IMG/VR virus record: IMGVR_UViG_3300042301_001937
Span: 6,575-70,574 of that record
From: a virus
Strand: one strand, 5' to 3'
Length of the DNA: 64,000 nucleotides
In this document: positions 9,463 through 23,600 of the stretch, piece after piece
Layout of the letters: the number at the start of each line of letters is the position of its first letter
Position numbering within the stretch: position 1 is the first letter of the stretch
Notes under the pieces: model-generated
Seen by the model: only the letters and a program-made list of their open reading frames with translations
Told to the model about the DNA's origin: nothing
Databases searched by the model: none
Made by a program: the position numbers and the translations under genes

Positions 9463-9475
9463 TCCTCTCCTTTTT
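9450..9475 (+). terminator. Intrinsic terminator at the convergence of the two gene blocks
   Basis: GGAGAGGA-TTAG-TCCTCTCC hairpin (9451-9470) followed by TTTTT, between convergent stop codons. Confidence 0.85.
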
Positions 9476-12400
9476 AGTCTTCTGCAGTTTTAACCACTAC
9501 CTCATCAATAAATCTTAATGGTTGAGATACTGTTGGTATTATCCTTACTAATTTTTTACCTAATTTCTTTTTAATTTTTTCAGCTTCTTCATCATTAGCT
9601 ATTGTAAGCTTACCTAAATCTGTAGTTAATTTCATCCAAGATTCAATTGTACCAATTGTAGGAGCTGGTGAAATCAAAATCTTGTATTTACTTTCAATTT
9701 CAAATGGTGAGAAGAATGTTAATTCAGCTAGATATCTATCAGATATTCTTAGGAAATAAGCTAATTGCTTTTTCTTTTCTGGATCATCGTCTCCTGCTCC
9801 TTTGATAGCTAGGTACAGTAAATAAGCACCACCAATAGCAAATGTTTCTGCTAATAATTCTTTTAGATTAGCTTTTTCAATTTCATCTAACGAACTCCAT
9901 TTTAAAGATTTTTTAGCTATAAAAGTAAACAAAGAATTAAATCTACCTTCTACGTAGTCTTGTAACATGTAGTCATATTTTCTATCAGAAAGATGGGCTT
10001 CTAACATAGCAGGAATCCATCCCCTGTGTTGAATTACAGCACGGCCTAAAAAGTATTTTTTTAATGCAATACGATCATCAGGATTCATGTTACCAATAGA
10101 TCTACCATTAACGTGAATTGCTTTTTGTCTAAAAGCTTCTTTAATTTCATCAGTCATTTTACCTTGACCTTTATAAACCAATTTACCTTTTTCAACTTCC
10201 CATTCATTCCATTTTATTTGATGCTTATTTGATTTGATTAATGCTAATAATCCAGCATTTTGTAAATGTTCTTCAGACCATTTCATTGCAGTAAATGGTT
10301 TAGGTATATTTTGATATAATCCAGTACCACTTTGCAATTTGTCTAATTCTTCTTGCATCATTTCTGATGAATAAGTACTAAACATTTTAAGGAACAAATT
10401 ACCTTTTTCAATGTCTTTAGAAGATTTACTAAATGGTCCAGCTGTAACTACTGCTGTAGCAAAACCATAATCTCCTGGAGAATACCATTTGTTACCTACA
10501 CCAGTTAACAATTGCATTGTTTTACCACCTAACAAGTTGGTTACAGGAGAATACAAACTATAACCCAAGTTATTTAATCCTGTATATTTTAACAATAAAT
10601 CTAAAGATTTAGACCATGAAATCATAGCTTTATCACCTTTGGCCAAAGCACCAATTGCTTCAGTAAAACTATTACCTTTTACTTCAAAACCTGATTCTTT
10701 ATCTTCGGTTTTACCATAAATAGCATGGTTTATAAAATCATTAAATTGAGCTACGGTATTTTCTAAACCTTTAGATAATTTAACCATGTTAAATCCTCCT
10801 TGAGCTTGTTCACCTTTTAAGTTAAGAATCTGTTCTTTTTGATTCATTAACATATCTCTAGCAATTTGAGCTGTTTTTTCTAACTCTATTAATTCTTTGT
10901 ATCTATAAGCAGATTCAAAAAATACAGCTAATGATTTACCTAAATCATAAGATTTTTCTTTTTCATTAAATTCAGCTCTTTCTTTAGCATCAAGTACTTT
11001 TCTTCCTGCAATTGGAATCTTTCTAATAAATTCTCCAGTAAAAGCATCTACTTTATTTACTTCAGCTTCGTCTACAGGTATAGATAAACTTTCTACTAAA
11101 GATCGACCTAATTTCATATTACCAATACCACTATTTATGACTCTATCTAAAAATGATTTTCTAAAGTCAGCAATAAAATTAGAACGGATATCAAAAGGTA
11201 AAAGCACATCATTTTCAAGAGATTCCATGGTTTTTGTATAAAGGTCATAGAATTTTTCTACAGCAGTACCTTTATATTTACCTTCTTTAATATCTCTCCA
11301 TTTAGGATCAATCCATTTATCTTTAGGTTTATTGAAAATTACAATACTATTGTTTTGTTCTTTCCATTTTTTAATGTTAGAGTCATCGTTTTTCTTTTGC
11401 AGTTTTTCTGCAATTTCATCTATTTTATCTTCAGCATAAGTGCCCTGGTCTTTTAGATATTCTTTTAATTTAATTAAATTAGATTTATAACTAAACTTTA
11501 ACATTTCTTCATAACGTTCTAATGCTTTGTTATATCTTTCTTCATCAAATTGAGCGTTTTCTCTAAACCAAGCCATGTCAACTTCAGCTCTAGCTTTTTT
11601 ACGTTTATCGTAAAATTCAGGAGAATATTTATCTACAACGTAACCTGTAGGTTTACCTTTATAGTATTGTATTAAAGGCTGATAAATTTTTTCTCCTGTT
11701 GCACCAGTGTATTGCTCTAATTCCTTAACTGCTTTTTTAATTTCAGTTGCCAATTCTAATGTTTTATTTCTAATTTTATTAATAGCTGTAGTATATTTTA
11801 AATACACACCAGCTACAATAGGATTAGAACTATAAGAAGAACCTTTAAATAATCTTTGATAAAGGTTAGTATCTAATGCAGGTTTTAAAATATCTTCTGG
11901 ACTTTGTATAGGGCTACCTTCAAATATTAAATTTTCTGCTATATTTTCAGCTACTTTTTCACTAGATTTATCGTATAAATCAGTGTATAGTCTAGCAGCT
12001 TTACCTTGTATTTTATCAAGTAAATCTATATCTGATTTATTTTCAGTTTTTATATAAGCTCTTAATTTTTTATACAATTCTAAATCACCACGAAATTCTA
12101 TGTAGTTATTTATGTAATCAGAATTATTTAAATATGATTCAATAGCATACAAGTCATAAGATGCGTTTTTAATAATTTCACTATCAGATTTATCTTCTTG
12201 TAGTTTAATCATTAAATCTCTTTTTGCTTTAATCAAAGCATCTACTTTGTCTGCATTTTCTTTATTATAAGAATTAGATAATTTTTCTATTTGCTTGTAT
12301 AATATTTCAAGCATTTCATCTCTTTTCTTATTTTTAGAAGTTTGAAAAATAATAGGAACAGTTTCTTGCACTTTAAATTGTATAGTTTTAGTTTTCTTAT

Positions 12401-14639
12401 TATAAAAACTAAGTATATTTAGCAATGATTGATAAGTTATTTCTAAACCTCTTCTTCCTAATTTTTCATCATCTTTAGCTAAAATTTCTTTATACAAAAT
12501 TTGTTGTTCAGAGTTACCTACTAATTTTTTATATTTACCTTTAACAGTACCTTTAGACATAGACGTTTTATAATCTAACATTTTAGCTTTACCGTTTTCA
12601 GTAAGTTCTAATAAGTCTAAAGTACCAGCTATTTTAGTTTGAGTGTTAGCTACAGGTAATTCAGCAATTAATACTGAACCATCTTTCATAGCTTTATCAA
12701 TTAAAGGTTGTACAATACTATGTACATTTTTAATTGTATCTTCATCTATTTCTATTTCAATAGCTTTAAAATGCTTATTAAATTCAGGAAAAGTCTGTTT
12801 AATTTTGTTAGCCGCTATAGCATGAAAAATATCTCCTAATTGTTGAGCTGTAGATGTACTTAAATTACCTAGATTAAAAGTCTTTCTAACCATTTCAGTA
12901 ACACGTTTATAACCAGTTTCTCCTAATACAACATAGCCAGCTTCACTTTTACTAATTTTACCTATAGGATTTAACATAGCATAAGTTTGCTTTTGTTTTA
13001 ATAAAGTTTCTTCAGATTTAGTTTTTTTGTTAAAACTAACTTCTTCAGTTTCTGATCCTACAAATTCTTTGAATCCTTTTATATCTTGTTTAGAACCTAA
13101 TATGTGAATTTGTTCTGGTTCAAACACAGCTATTGTTTTACCTTCTTTTTGCCCAGCATCAGTACCAACTACAGAATCATAACCTTTTGTATTACTTTTA
13201 ATTATTCTAGGATTAGTAAATTGATCAGTAACATGTATTTCTTTTGGTACATCTGCTAATTCTGATTGTGCATTAAATGGACTTTTTATATTTATTACAG
13301 CAGATATTATTTTTCTATTTATAGGAAATCCAAATGTTTCTGCATAATTTTTAAAATCAGTAAAATAAGTAACATATCCTTTGAACTTACCATCTTTAGG
13401 AAGCAACTGTTCCATTGCTCCATGATAAACAATATCTTTTACTTTACTATCAGGAAATACACTATCAAGATATTGAGAGTATAGTTGTTGAGCTTGTTGT
13501 TTCTGTTCTTCAGAAATATTCATCAAGTCTATAACTTGATATTTATATCTTTGAGTTGTATCTAATAAACCCATTGTTTCGTATACAGCATTAGCTAATT
13601 CAGGATTAGATTCAAATAGTTTTTCTACTCCTGGTTTAACATTAGTTTCTGTTTTAGGAGTTTTTAAAATTTCACCTACATTTATAGATCTTTCTTTTAA
13701 AGAAAAAATATCTGCTAATTGTTGTAAAGATGTTTCTACAGGAATAGTAGCTATTCTTAAATCTTGTCTATTAAATAAATTCTTTAATAACGTAGTTAAA
13801 TACGTCATTAATTTTTGCATTGCTGTTTTAAATGGAGTACCTGTTTCTTTATCTATATTTTCTTTAGCTAATACAGTTAAAGCTCTAACACCTACTTCTT
13901 CAAGTATTTGATTTTCAGAATAATTTAAAGCTGTAACTTCTTTTAAAATCTGCTGTCCTTCTGGGGTGGCCAGTACTTGTTTCATTATAGATTCAAATAA
14001 AGGACGGTTAGATTTAGAAATAGCTCTAATAAATGCATGACCAAATTCATGGATAGTAGTATCAAAATCAATACCTTGACCTGCATCTACTACGTAAACT
14101 TTGTTTTTGTAAAAGAATCCAGGTTCATCACCATAAGGTTGATTAGTATTTTCTAAAATACCAGCTGCTTGTGGAGGTGTAACTATCTCATAATTAATAC
14201 CTAAACGTTTTTTAAACGTATCAAGTATTTTAATAGCAGCTATGTTGGAAATAGTTTCTGATGGAGTTGTGTTGTAAACAACAAAACCTTCACTTCTACT
14301 CATCAAACTGTAGTTACCAGAGTTATTTCTCATTAAATAATAATCAGTTCTAAATAAAGCATTATTTCTTTTAATGATTTCTCTGACATTTAATTCTGTA
14401 CCATCTGATAGTTCTCTACCTTGAGTATCTATAAAACCAGTTCTACTGATAGTTAAACCAGTAGTTCTTCTGATTTTTTCAATAATATCTTGGTTTTGAT
14501 TAAAGATAGGATTATCTCCGTAATATTGCAAAGGAACATTACCTTGAAATTTATTCCAAAGATATAAAGCTGTATCTTCTCCATTTATAGAAGATAATTC
14601 TTTCCATTGTTGTGTATTTCTATTTGGACAAGTTATCAT
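9474..14639 (-). CDS. Giant polyvalent virion cargo protein (zincin HExxH, ART-like, PD-(D/E)xK nuclease, helical C-terminus)
   Basis: TIHEFGH (~14037-14051); IVYHG...YFTD...GYDSV...AVFEPEQI (13095-13433); GDIFH...ELPV...GTLDLL...DYKTS (12560-12840). Lies directly downstream of the virion RNAP, as in crAss-like phages. Confidence 0.75.
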   Translation of the reverse strand: MITCPNRNTQQWKELSSINGEDTALYLWNKFQGNVPLQYYGDNPIFNQNQDIIEKIRRTTGLTISRTGFIDTQGRELSDGTELNVREIIKRNNALFRTDYYLMRNNSGNYSLMSRSEGFVVYNTTPSETISNIAAIKILDTFKKRLGINYEIVTPPQAAGILENTNQPYGDEPGFFYKNKVYVVDAGQGIDFDTTIHEFGHAFIRAISKSNRPLFESIMKQVLATPEGQQILKEVTALNYSENQILEEVGVRALTVLAKENIDKETGTPFKTAMQKLMTYLTTLLKNLFNRQDLRIATIPVETSLQQLADIFSLKERSINVGEILKTPKTETNVKPGVEKLFESNPELANAVYETMGLLDTTQRYKYQVIDLMNISEEQKQQAQQLYSQYLDSVFPDSKVKDIVYHGAMEQLLPKDGKFKGYVTYFTDFKNYAETFGFPINRKIISAVINIKSPFNAQSELADVPKEIHVTDQFTNPRIIKSNTKGYDSVVGTDAGQKEGKTIAVFEPEQIHILGSKQDIKGFKEFVGSETEEVSFNKKTKSEETLLKQKQTYAMLNPIGKISKSEAGYVVLGETGYKRVTEMVRKTFNLGNLSTSTAQQLGDIFHAIAANKIKQTFPEFNKHFKAIEIEIDEDTIKNVHSIVQPLIDKAMKDGSVLIAELPVANTQTKIAGTLDLLELTENGKAKMLDYKTSMSKGTVKGKYKKLVGNSEQQILYKEILAKDDEKLGRRGLEITYQSLLNILSFYNKKTKTIQFKVQETVPIIFQTSKNKKRDEMLEILYKQIEKLSNSYNKENADKVDALIKAKRDLMIKLQEDKSDSEIIKNASYDLYAIESYLNNSDYINNYIEFRGDLELYKKLRAYIKTENKSDIDLLDKIQGKAARLYTDLYDKSSEKVAENIAENLIFEGSPIQSPEDILKPALDTNLYQRLFKGSSYSSNPIVAGVYLKYTTAINKIRNKTLELATEIKKAVKELEQYTGATGEKIYQPLIQYYKGKPTGYVVDKYSPEFYDKRKKARAEVDMAWFRENAQFDEERYNKALERYEEMLKFSYKSNLIKLKEYLKDQGTYAEDKIDEIAEKLQKKNDDSNIKKWKEQNNSIVIFNKPKDKWIDPKWRDIKEGKYKGTAVEKFYDLYTKTMESLENDVLLPFDIRSNFIADFRKSFLDRVINSGIGNMKLGRSLVESLSIPVDEAEVNKVDAFTGEFIRKIPIAGRKVLDAKERAEFNEKEKSYDLGKSLAVFFESAYRYKELIELEKTAQIARDMLMNQKEQILNLKGEQAQGGFNMVKLSKGLENTVAQFNDFINHAIYGKTEDKESGFEVKGNSFTEAIGALAKGDKAMISWSKSLDLLLKYTGLNNLGYSLYSPVTNLLGGKTMQLLTGVGNKWYSPGDYGFATAVVTAGPFSKSSKDIEKGNLFLKMFSTYSSEMMQEELDKLQSGTGLYQNIPKPFTAMKWSEEHLQNAGLLALIKSNKHQIKWNEWEVEKGKLVYKGQGKMTDEIKEAFRQKAIHVNGRSIGNMNPDDRIALKKYFLGRAVIQHRGWIPAMLEAHLSDRKYDYMLQDYVEGRFNSLFTFIAKKSLKWSSLDEIEKANLKELLAETFAIGGAYLLYLAIKGAGDDDPEKKKQLAYFLRISDRYLAELTFFSPFEIESKYKILISPAPTIGTIESWMKLTTDLGKLTIANDEEAEKIKKKLGKKLVRIIPTVSQPLRFIDEVVVKTAED

Positions 14640-17600
14640 AATTGTTTACAAAATTTGTTTATAATTTCCATTGCGTCTTCTTGACTATATTTTAGATCTA
14701 TTAACATTTCTTCAGTAATGTCTTTAACATTATATTCTTTACCATCACTAAGTTTAATTTTACTAATAGCATAAGATGCAGTAGTTGTAGGTTCAGCAGC
14801 AGGTAACCCTTTAACTTCAGGTATAACTTCTACATAATCAATATCTGTGATGTCTTCATCTAAGTTAGTAACATTTATATTGCTGTTAATCAACGTATTA
14901 TAAAATTTTAAATTTGATTTAATAGGAATTTTTTCAAATACAAAAGTATCTTTATTTTCTCCTTTTCTTTCATATAAACCTATTTTATTTTTAGACTTTT
15001 TCAATAAATAGTTAACATCATAATTAAACTCATTAGGAACTTCAATAGAATCAGGTAACCCTGATTTTTCACCTATAATGTCATTATATCTTACTGATTT
15101 AACTACACCTTTTAATGTAGGTAAGTTTTGATAAATCTGACTTAAATAAGTTAAAGTGTCTATTCGAGATTGTCTTTTAACTAATGGCCCTACTACATTT
15201 ACAAAATCATCCACAGGAATGTATTTGTAAAATGATACAGGAGATTCAATTACACCAGTTTGAAATAAACTTGCTTCAATTATTTTCCTATACATTTCAG
15301 GATTTAAGTTACCAAATGATTTAAATGATTCGTAAATTACTTTTTGCAAATCATTGTCAATTCTTACAGTATTATCAATACGTATAATATCTGGTTCATT
15401 TGGAGTTAAAGCATAATCTATAGTTAATAAATTTTGGAATAAGTAGTTATCTTCTAACTCTTTTGAATTAATCATTTTAGAAACTTGTAATGCAATAGAA
15501 TTAGAACTTAACATGTTTACATTCCACCATTGTTCTTGATTAGTAGTAACTAAATTATTTTGTAAAATAGTGTTAGTAATAAGACCATAAATCTTATACA
15601 TATTTTCTGGTTTTAATTGTTTAGAGTTAAACAATTTTTCCATAACTATATATAAAGCACTTTGAGCATCAGGTGTTCTTTCAACAATAGTTGAATTAGC
15701 ATACATCTGTAATGTTAAATCTAAAACATTAGTTTTAAATGCACTCAAGAAACTATTTTGTACTAATTCGTTTAGACCAGAAAAGAATTTTCTTTCAATT
15801 ATTTTGTAATATCTAAAATTAATAATTTTACTTTCAGGTAAATTTTTACCAGAACCTTCAGTATCAAATTTAATAGCAGCAATCTGATCACGTCTTTGTG
15901 AAGCAAATTGTTTGTAGAATAAAAAGTCATCTAAAATATTAATTTGTTGTTGACTATATTTAGTAGGGTTTTTCATAAACTCAACTAATTCTTCTTCTGT
16001 ATATCTTCTATTTTCATCAGAAGCAGTTGGTATTCTTAACCCATCGTCATCTAATTGAGATGTAAAATATTCAGATACATCATAAGGTCTACCGTATTTA
16101 GATTTTAATTTTTCAAAAACTGCTTGTTCATTATTATAGATATTAAATAAAGCTCTTCTTCTTTTTGCAACTATACCTTTGTTTTGCTCCATTTCATTAA
16201 CGTAATCAATAATAATAGGTTGAGTTAAAAATTTATTTACCCAAGTATCAGGTACAGTAGCAGCTATTAAATAATAGTGCACATCGTTAGTAAGTAAGTT
16301 TGCATTTAATTGGAATACAAATGGTTTACTTGCAGCATCCACGTTTGCAGATACGTGTTGGTTAGCAATTAAATCTATGATTGATTTATCAGCAGCATTG
16401 TTAATTCTACCAAAAACAATTTTATTGTCTTCAAGTATAATTTGATCTTTAGGTATGAATAACCTGTTTGAATATTTTTCTTGTACAATAGGATATAATT
16501 GAGTTAAAGCTGTAAATACAGATTGAGATGCTGCTTGACCTACCCCTGCTTTAGCTGACCAGAAGTTTTTAGCTACTTTAATATTAGTACTTGTCAAAAA
16601 TTGTCTGTAGCCTTTATATTCAGTAGTCTTTTTATAAGGTGCAGTTTGAATTTGATTAATTTCTTTAGCTTGATTTTCAAGATTCTCAGCAGAGTTTGGA
16701 TTAATGTAGTCAAACATCATACTAGGATCTGTAAGCTTTTGATACATAATATCAAACAATTGTTCTTGAAGTTTAAGTTTTTTGAACTTTTTAGTTTCTT
16801 TTTCTTTTAACTCTTCAATTTTTTTATCAAGTTTTTCAGTATCTATATCTTCAAGAGTTTCAATTTCAAGATCTTCAAGCTCTTCTAAGGTATAGTTTTC
16901 TAATACTAAGCTATCACGTTTGTCAATTAAATCAGTTAAAAGTTTACTATAAGTAATTTCTTTTTCTTCACTAATAGGTTTTAACTCTTCATTTTGAAGA
17001 ATGTAATTTCTTAAAAACGTATTTAATTTATCCACGTCAAAGTCAGATCCTGATTGCATTGTAATTTCATAAGGAACTGCTACTAACTGGTCAGTAGATT
17101 TAGGTAAAAATCCTACAACTTTAAATGCCAACATTGAGTTAAGACCCTGAGTTGGAATACGATAACCTAATGCTTCTAATAATTTAGGATTAATATTGTT
17201 AATATCAAAACCTGCTTCTTTAAAATAATAAGGTAATAGAATTTCAGCTGTTACAATTTTATCTTCTTTAACATGTACAAATCCAAGTCTAGCTTCAGTG
17301 CTATCAAATTTACCATCAACAAAATGACTACGGTAAAATTCAGAATCTTTTAATACGATACCTTTTTTAACTGCTGCTTCTAAATCTTTTTCTGTACTAT
17401 ATTCAAATCCTACAGAAGAACATTGTACATAAGCTCTACCTCTCATGTTTTGCTTTAATATCTTATTATTGATAAAAGCGTTCATAAGATTTTGAACTTT
17501 ATTTCTATTAGGCAATACGTCAATAGTAAGGTCTTCTTGTTTTAAGTAATCTAAACCAATGATTAAGTTATCTGATTCTTCTCTTTCAATAGCAGATTCT

Positions 17601-20600
17601 TTAAACATGTCTATTAATTTTGACCAACTTTCATGAGATATGATACCTGATTGTAAACTTGTTAAATCTTCACCTAATTTATCAGCTAACATTTCAGCTT
17701 CTAATTGAATTAAGTCTTTAACAGTTTGTTCGTAAGAATCAATTAGTTCTTTATTTTTAACATTTTTACCAGCATCAGCACTATTTTGATTAATAAGTTT
17801 TCTGATCTGAGTACCTAATAACAATGAGAATTTATCGTATTTAGGATTGATATCTACTTGAATTTTTAAATCTTGTAAATTTAAATGGTGCATAGATTTA
17901 GGATCTACAGTATCTGTAGATGCATCATCTAATACTTTAGGGTTACCGTCTTTTACACCACTATCAAATATGTATAAACCTGCACCTGAATCTAATAATT
18001 TCTTATTGATTTTTTCAAGATTTCTGCCTTTAATCATTGAAGGAATTAAAGGATAAACTGAAAATTTATAAAACACAGGTACAAATTCATTTTCTAATAA
18101 TTGATTACCGTAATGCACCAACTTTAATGGTGGAAATGGATAATTAGAACTTAATCCTTTTAATTCTGCTTCTACTGCTTTTTCAAATTCTTTACCGTAA
18201 AGTTGTCCAGTACGAATACCGTATTCTAAATAAAAATAGAATGTAGACATACCTTGACCATCAACAGGATTAATTTGATCGTTACCGTAAGCATCTTTAC
18301 CTAAAATTTCTTTATATTCTTCTGCATATTTAGAAGAAGCCATTTTATCTTTACCTATAATTGATTTATAGGTACCATCAATAGGCATTGCATTTTTTTG
18401 TTCTTCTGTAATGTCATATTGTTTTCTAAATTCTAAAATAGTTTCATTTACAAAATCATCTACAGATGGAACCCTACCATTAGCTCTTACTTCTGGTGTA
18501 CGTTTAAATAAAGCTTTATAGAATATAGCATTACCAAAAAACACATTCATTTGGTCTAAGTTATTTACAAATTCAGTTGTTACTACAGCTGCTACTATTT
18601 GTTTAACTTGATCAATAACGTCTACTTTATCAGATAAAGATAAAATATTATCTGGTATAATAGATTTAACATTATCTCCTTTTTTACCTATAAAATTATT
18701 TGCAAAAGGTAATGTATCTAACATACCTTGAGTTACAATTAAAGATATGCCTTTAGCAAATTGATCTATATTCTCGTAAGGTTTATTGTTATTTACTTCT
18801 TCAAATACATCTACTGCTTTACCGTAAGTTTTTATGTTGTCTAAGACATCTGTATTTTTATCAAGTTCTTGATAATTTTTATACATATCCCATAATCTTT
18901 TTACAGCCCTGTTAGCTGAACTAAGACTTATTGTACCATCAGGAGTTATTGTAATTTCAGAAGGATTGTAAATTAAATTTCTACTTGTATTCTTATTAAC
19001 TGTCAAACCAGGTACAGATTTTTTATCTGCCATTTGTAGAAATTGAATTGTTCCTCTAGTTGGGTCGTTAAAAAGATTTACAATTTTATTATACAACATA
19101 TCTTCTTCGGTAAATTGAGATATATGAATACCTTCTTCACCTTGGCCGTTGTATTTACCACCATCTATTAAACTTACATCAATAGCATTATCTTCAATAG
19201 CTTCCCATAATACTGAGTTATTTGCAGTATTGTATTTAGCTATACCGTCTTTAATTCTTTTAATTTGTTGGAATATAAATGACGGTTTAGAATAAGCATA
19301 AACTGTTTCACCTTCTGTATTTCTAGATTGTGCTTCAATTGTAGAATTATAATAAGGTACCTCAAGAGCTACTAAATTTTTAACTGCGTCTTTAATACCA
19401 GCTATAGCTGTAAATAAAGATTTCTTTTCAAAAGCATCAGTTAAAGTACTTAAATAATCGTCATAGTATGAATCTACTCCAAATAAAACTGGAGTTCTAA
19501 CAATTACTTCTGTGTCTTTATTATCTTTTAAAAGAGTTATTCTTTTTTGAGGTAACTTATTTAAATGATTTTTTAATAATGCTACTAACCCCATTACACT
19601 TGGAGTTATTTGCCCACGAAATTCTATACCTAAAGATTCAAAAAAAGTTTTAGGATCTTGAGCAAGTAATACATTCCAATTAGCTTCAGATATAAATCTT
19701 AATCCTTGTACGTTAGTAATATAATTAGATCTCATTACACTATTAGCCCAAGAATCTTTTATTCTTTTTTCAATAACTGATTCCATACTATTAACCACTA
19801 CTGCATTACCAGTAGACGTTTTACTAGGAGCATAGTGTATAGTGGTAAGCATAGCTTGTTTTACTAATGATAAGCCTTCTTGAAATTGTATTCTAAAAGC
19901 TGTAGCACTAGGGCCAGTATCTGTACCTTTTAATTGATACAATATTTGTTTTGCTATACCTGCATTTCTTTTTTCAAATTTTGAATTATCAGTTGAAGTT
20001 TGATTAGCTTTTTCAGTTAAAATATTAATCATTTCTTTATAGCTAAATACATCATGTAATATATCAGCCAAATAAGCTTTTACTTCAGATTTAGGTATAA
20101 TTTTAAATTGATTAGTATCAGGATCTCTTTTAGAACTAACATCACTAATAATTGAAAACATTACATTAACGTTGTCATTTATTTTAGTAAATGCAGATAA
20201 CCTATTAGATTCACTGTAATTTTCTCCTGAATTTTTACCTCTTTCTTCTTCAGGTAATTCTACTTCAAAATCAAATTCTGGTTGAGCTAATAAATTTTCT
20301 TTAAATCTTTTTAAAAAATATTTAGGATCTACATTGAAAACTGAATTAGTTAAAGCTAATTGTTCTTTAGCGTATGTTTCAAAATTAGCAATTGATTCTT
20401 TAACGTCAAGATTGTATAATCTTAACTTATTAGTTTTTAAATATACTGAAAATAAAGAATTTAGAGTTTCATCTGTTTTAAACGTTTCAGATGGAGAAAA
20501 AATATGAGCAGCATCTCTACCGAACATATCTGTTTTACCATTGTTTATTTTCTGAATATATTTCTTTTGGTTATAATAACCTTGATTTATTTTACTAAAT

Positions 20601-23600
20601 AACTCATTAACTGTCAATGGTTTAGCACCAAAAATCCATTTAACAAAATCTAATAATTTTTGAAAAATGTTTTTTTGAACTTCAGGATAAACTACTTTAC
20701 CATCAGTCATTACGTATTCTCTGAAATCTTCAGCTAATATTTCTTCAGCTTGTTTATCAGTTAATTCTTTACCTTCTCTTTTTCTTACTTCATTGTATAA
20801 TGATTGTCTTTGACTTGGAGTCAAATACATTCTTGAAACTAAATGGTAAGCTTCATGGTATTCTGTACCTTCTTCTAAGATATCAGATAAAGTAATAGCT
20901 CCTTGATAAAAATAACCAAATAAACCATTATCAAAACCAGCTACTCTAATTATACCTTCAGCAATTGAAGGAGTAACTCCTAATGTTTTTTGTAACCAGT
21001 TCGATGCTGAATTAACATCACCTACTTTATAAGGTAATCCTACATTTTGTCTAGCATCAATGTCATCATCCCAATCAACTGATTCTGGTTTTTTAGGCTC
21101 TTCTTCAGGTTTAGGTTGTTTTACATCGATTGGTTGAATTTCTACATTATCAGATTTTTCAGTTTCTTTTTCAGTAGATTCTATATCTTCAACTAATTCA
21201 TTAATTTCAGAATCTACGTCTGCTAAATTATCTGGTAATTTTGCATCAAAATCTGCATTAGTTTTAAAAGGTGAAGTTAAATCTACTACTTCTTGTTCAA
21301 CGTATATTTTTTTAGCGTCTTCTTTGCGTTTAGCTATTTGTTCTAAAGCATCATCGATAATACTTTTTCTTAATATTTTTCCAAAACTAGATTTTTTAGA
21401 TTTTGTTTTATTTTCATAAACATTTTTACCTTCAAAATTTATAATTCTAGATTCACTTGTTACAATAAATCTAACAGAAATTTTATTATTTTTATTTGTT
21501 CTAACTACAACAGGATATGCACCAGTTACTTTTAATTCATTGTCAATTGCAGTATCAAGATCAGCATTTACAGCAGATCTTAAATAAACTTTAGTACCAT
21601 CTATACCGTAGACAATAAATTCTTTTTCTACTTCTTTACCATCTATTGATACAAGTTTTAATACCTTACTGCCTATTTTAAGATTAGTATCAGTTTTGTC
21701 TAAAAACTGAGCTGATTTAGATTTACCTTTAGGTTTAGCACCAAACTGAGCACTAGATGTTCTAGTGTAACCTAAGAATTTTTTATATTCTTCTTCAGTT
21801 AAATTTTCTTTAGCAAATTCTAATAGGCTTGGGTAAGAAGAATCACTTTTACTTGCTTCAAATATTACATCATCATGTTTAGCCAATAAATCAGCAAATT
21901 CAGGAACAGGTGTACCAATTATATATTCTTTTCCATACTTAGGATTTTTAAGCATGTTTTTATAATATTCAGTTTTATCTTTATCACTTAATAATCTAAA
22001 CTCAATAGTATTCATTGGTTCAGTTAAAGATATTTGAAACTCTTCTGTATCTGTATCTTCGTCTGTTTTCTTAACAGGTTTTTGAGATTGTCTGGTTTTT
22101 AATGAAATTGTAGTATTAGCTTTTCCTTTAATAACAGGATCAAATACTGCATATTGATTTAACAATATATCTTTTTCAGATAACCTAGTTGTTAAAGCTG
22201 GTTCAAAAGTTGAATTAGTACCTGAAATTAAATCTAAATAACTTAATTCCCTTAACACTGCACCACTACCTGTAAATACAGGTATAAATAAATTCTGAGA
22301 TATGTTAATACTACCTTCAGTATATTTTCTAGAAATAGCACGTTTTTTAGTTTTTAAAAATTCAAGTAAAGGAGCTGTAAGTTGGTCTATGTTACTTTTA
22401 TTCATTACTAACTTAGTACCATCTTCATTAGCACCAAAACTTAAAACTCTAGTTTGGTTACCTTTACCAAAGAATATAGAATTTGCATGGTTACCAGTTT
22501 TACCAAAATATAAAAACATATCTAAAATAGATGGTGTATTTGGGTTGTAAGATAAAATCTGCATTTCCTTACTATCTACTGTAACAGTATCATTACCATT
22601 AATGTAATTTACAATTAACGGCATAATAATGCTTTCTATTTCAAAATCATTTAAGTTTCTAGTACCTAATTCTTCATAGGTATATATTGGATTACCTGTT
22701 TCATTAGTACCTGTTTTAACTCTTAAATAAGGTCTACCTGACCATTTTACGTTAGCTACTTCTTTACCATTTTCTACAATAACTGGTTTTCTAGTATTCG
22801 GACTAATTACAGAAGTTTTAATTGTAGGACCATTAGCTTTAACAGATTTTAAGCCTAATACATCTTTTAAAGGTCTAGCTGATTCAGTTATATTTAAAAA
22901 TCCATTAGAGATTTCTGTAATATCAACATAAGATTCTAATCCAGAACCTTCTCTAGATATAACTGTATTTCTAAGAGTTTTTAATAACTCTAAATCTTTT
23001 TCAGGATTTGTTGAAGCAAACTGATGATTAGATTCATTATGATGTATAACATTATAAGCACGTATACCATTTTCAGTTACAGGTTCTGCTTCATCATTTT
23101 TTGTAGCTTTATATAAATAACCTATAATTACAGGTAAAGTTTTAGGATTAATATCTTTTTTATCTATAGGATTTCCTTCATCATCAGTAAATAATTCAGG
23201 ATACATTCCTTCAGGAGCAACTTCTAACTTTAAACTTAATTTTCCTTTAGCATCTTTAATTGTTTTGTAAAACAATTTTCTGCCTAAAGACAATCCTAAA
23301 TTTTCTCTGTCTCCATTTGAATTAAAAGTATTTGGAGCTGTAGAGCTTCTACCTGCTGACGTAAATATAGTTGTTTTTTGAAACTTCCAAGGTTCTTCAT
23401 CTTGTACAAAAGAATCATCTTCAATTTCTTCTTCTTCAGAATTTTCTGAAATATGACTTATTTTAAAGTCTTCTTTAGCTAATCTATAAGTAACGTCTTT
23501 TCCTGCACCATTACGTAAAATAGTTTCACCTTTAGCATTTTTAGCTATAAACAAAGGTTCATTGTAAGCGGACATTAACTTATATTCTTCTGGTATTAAA

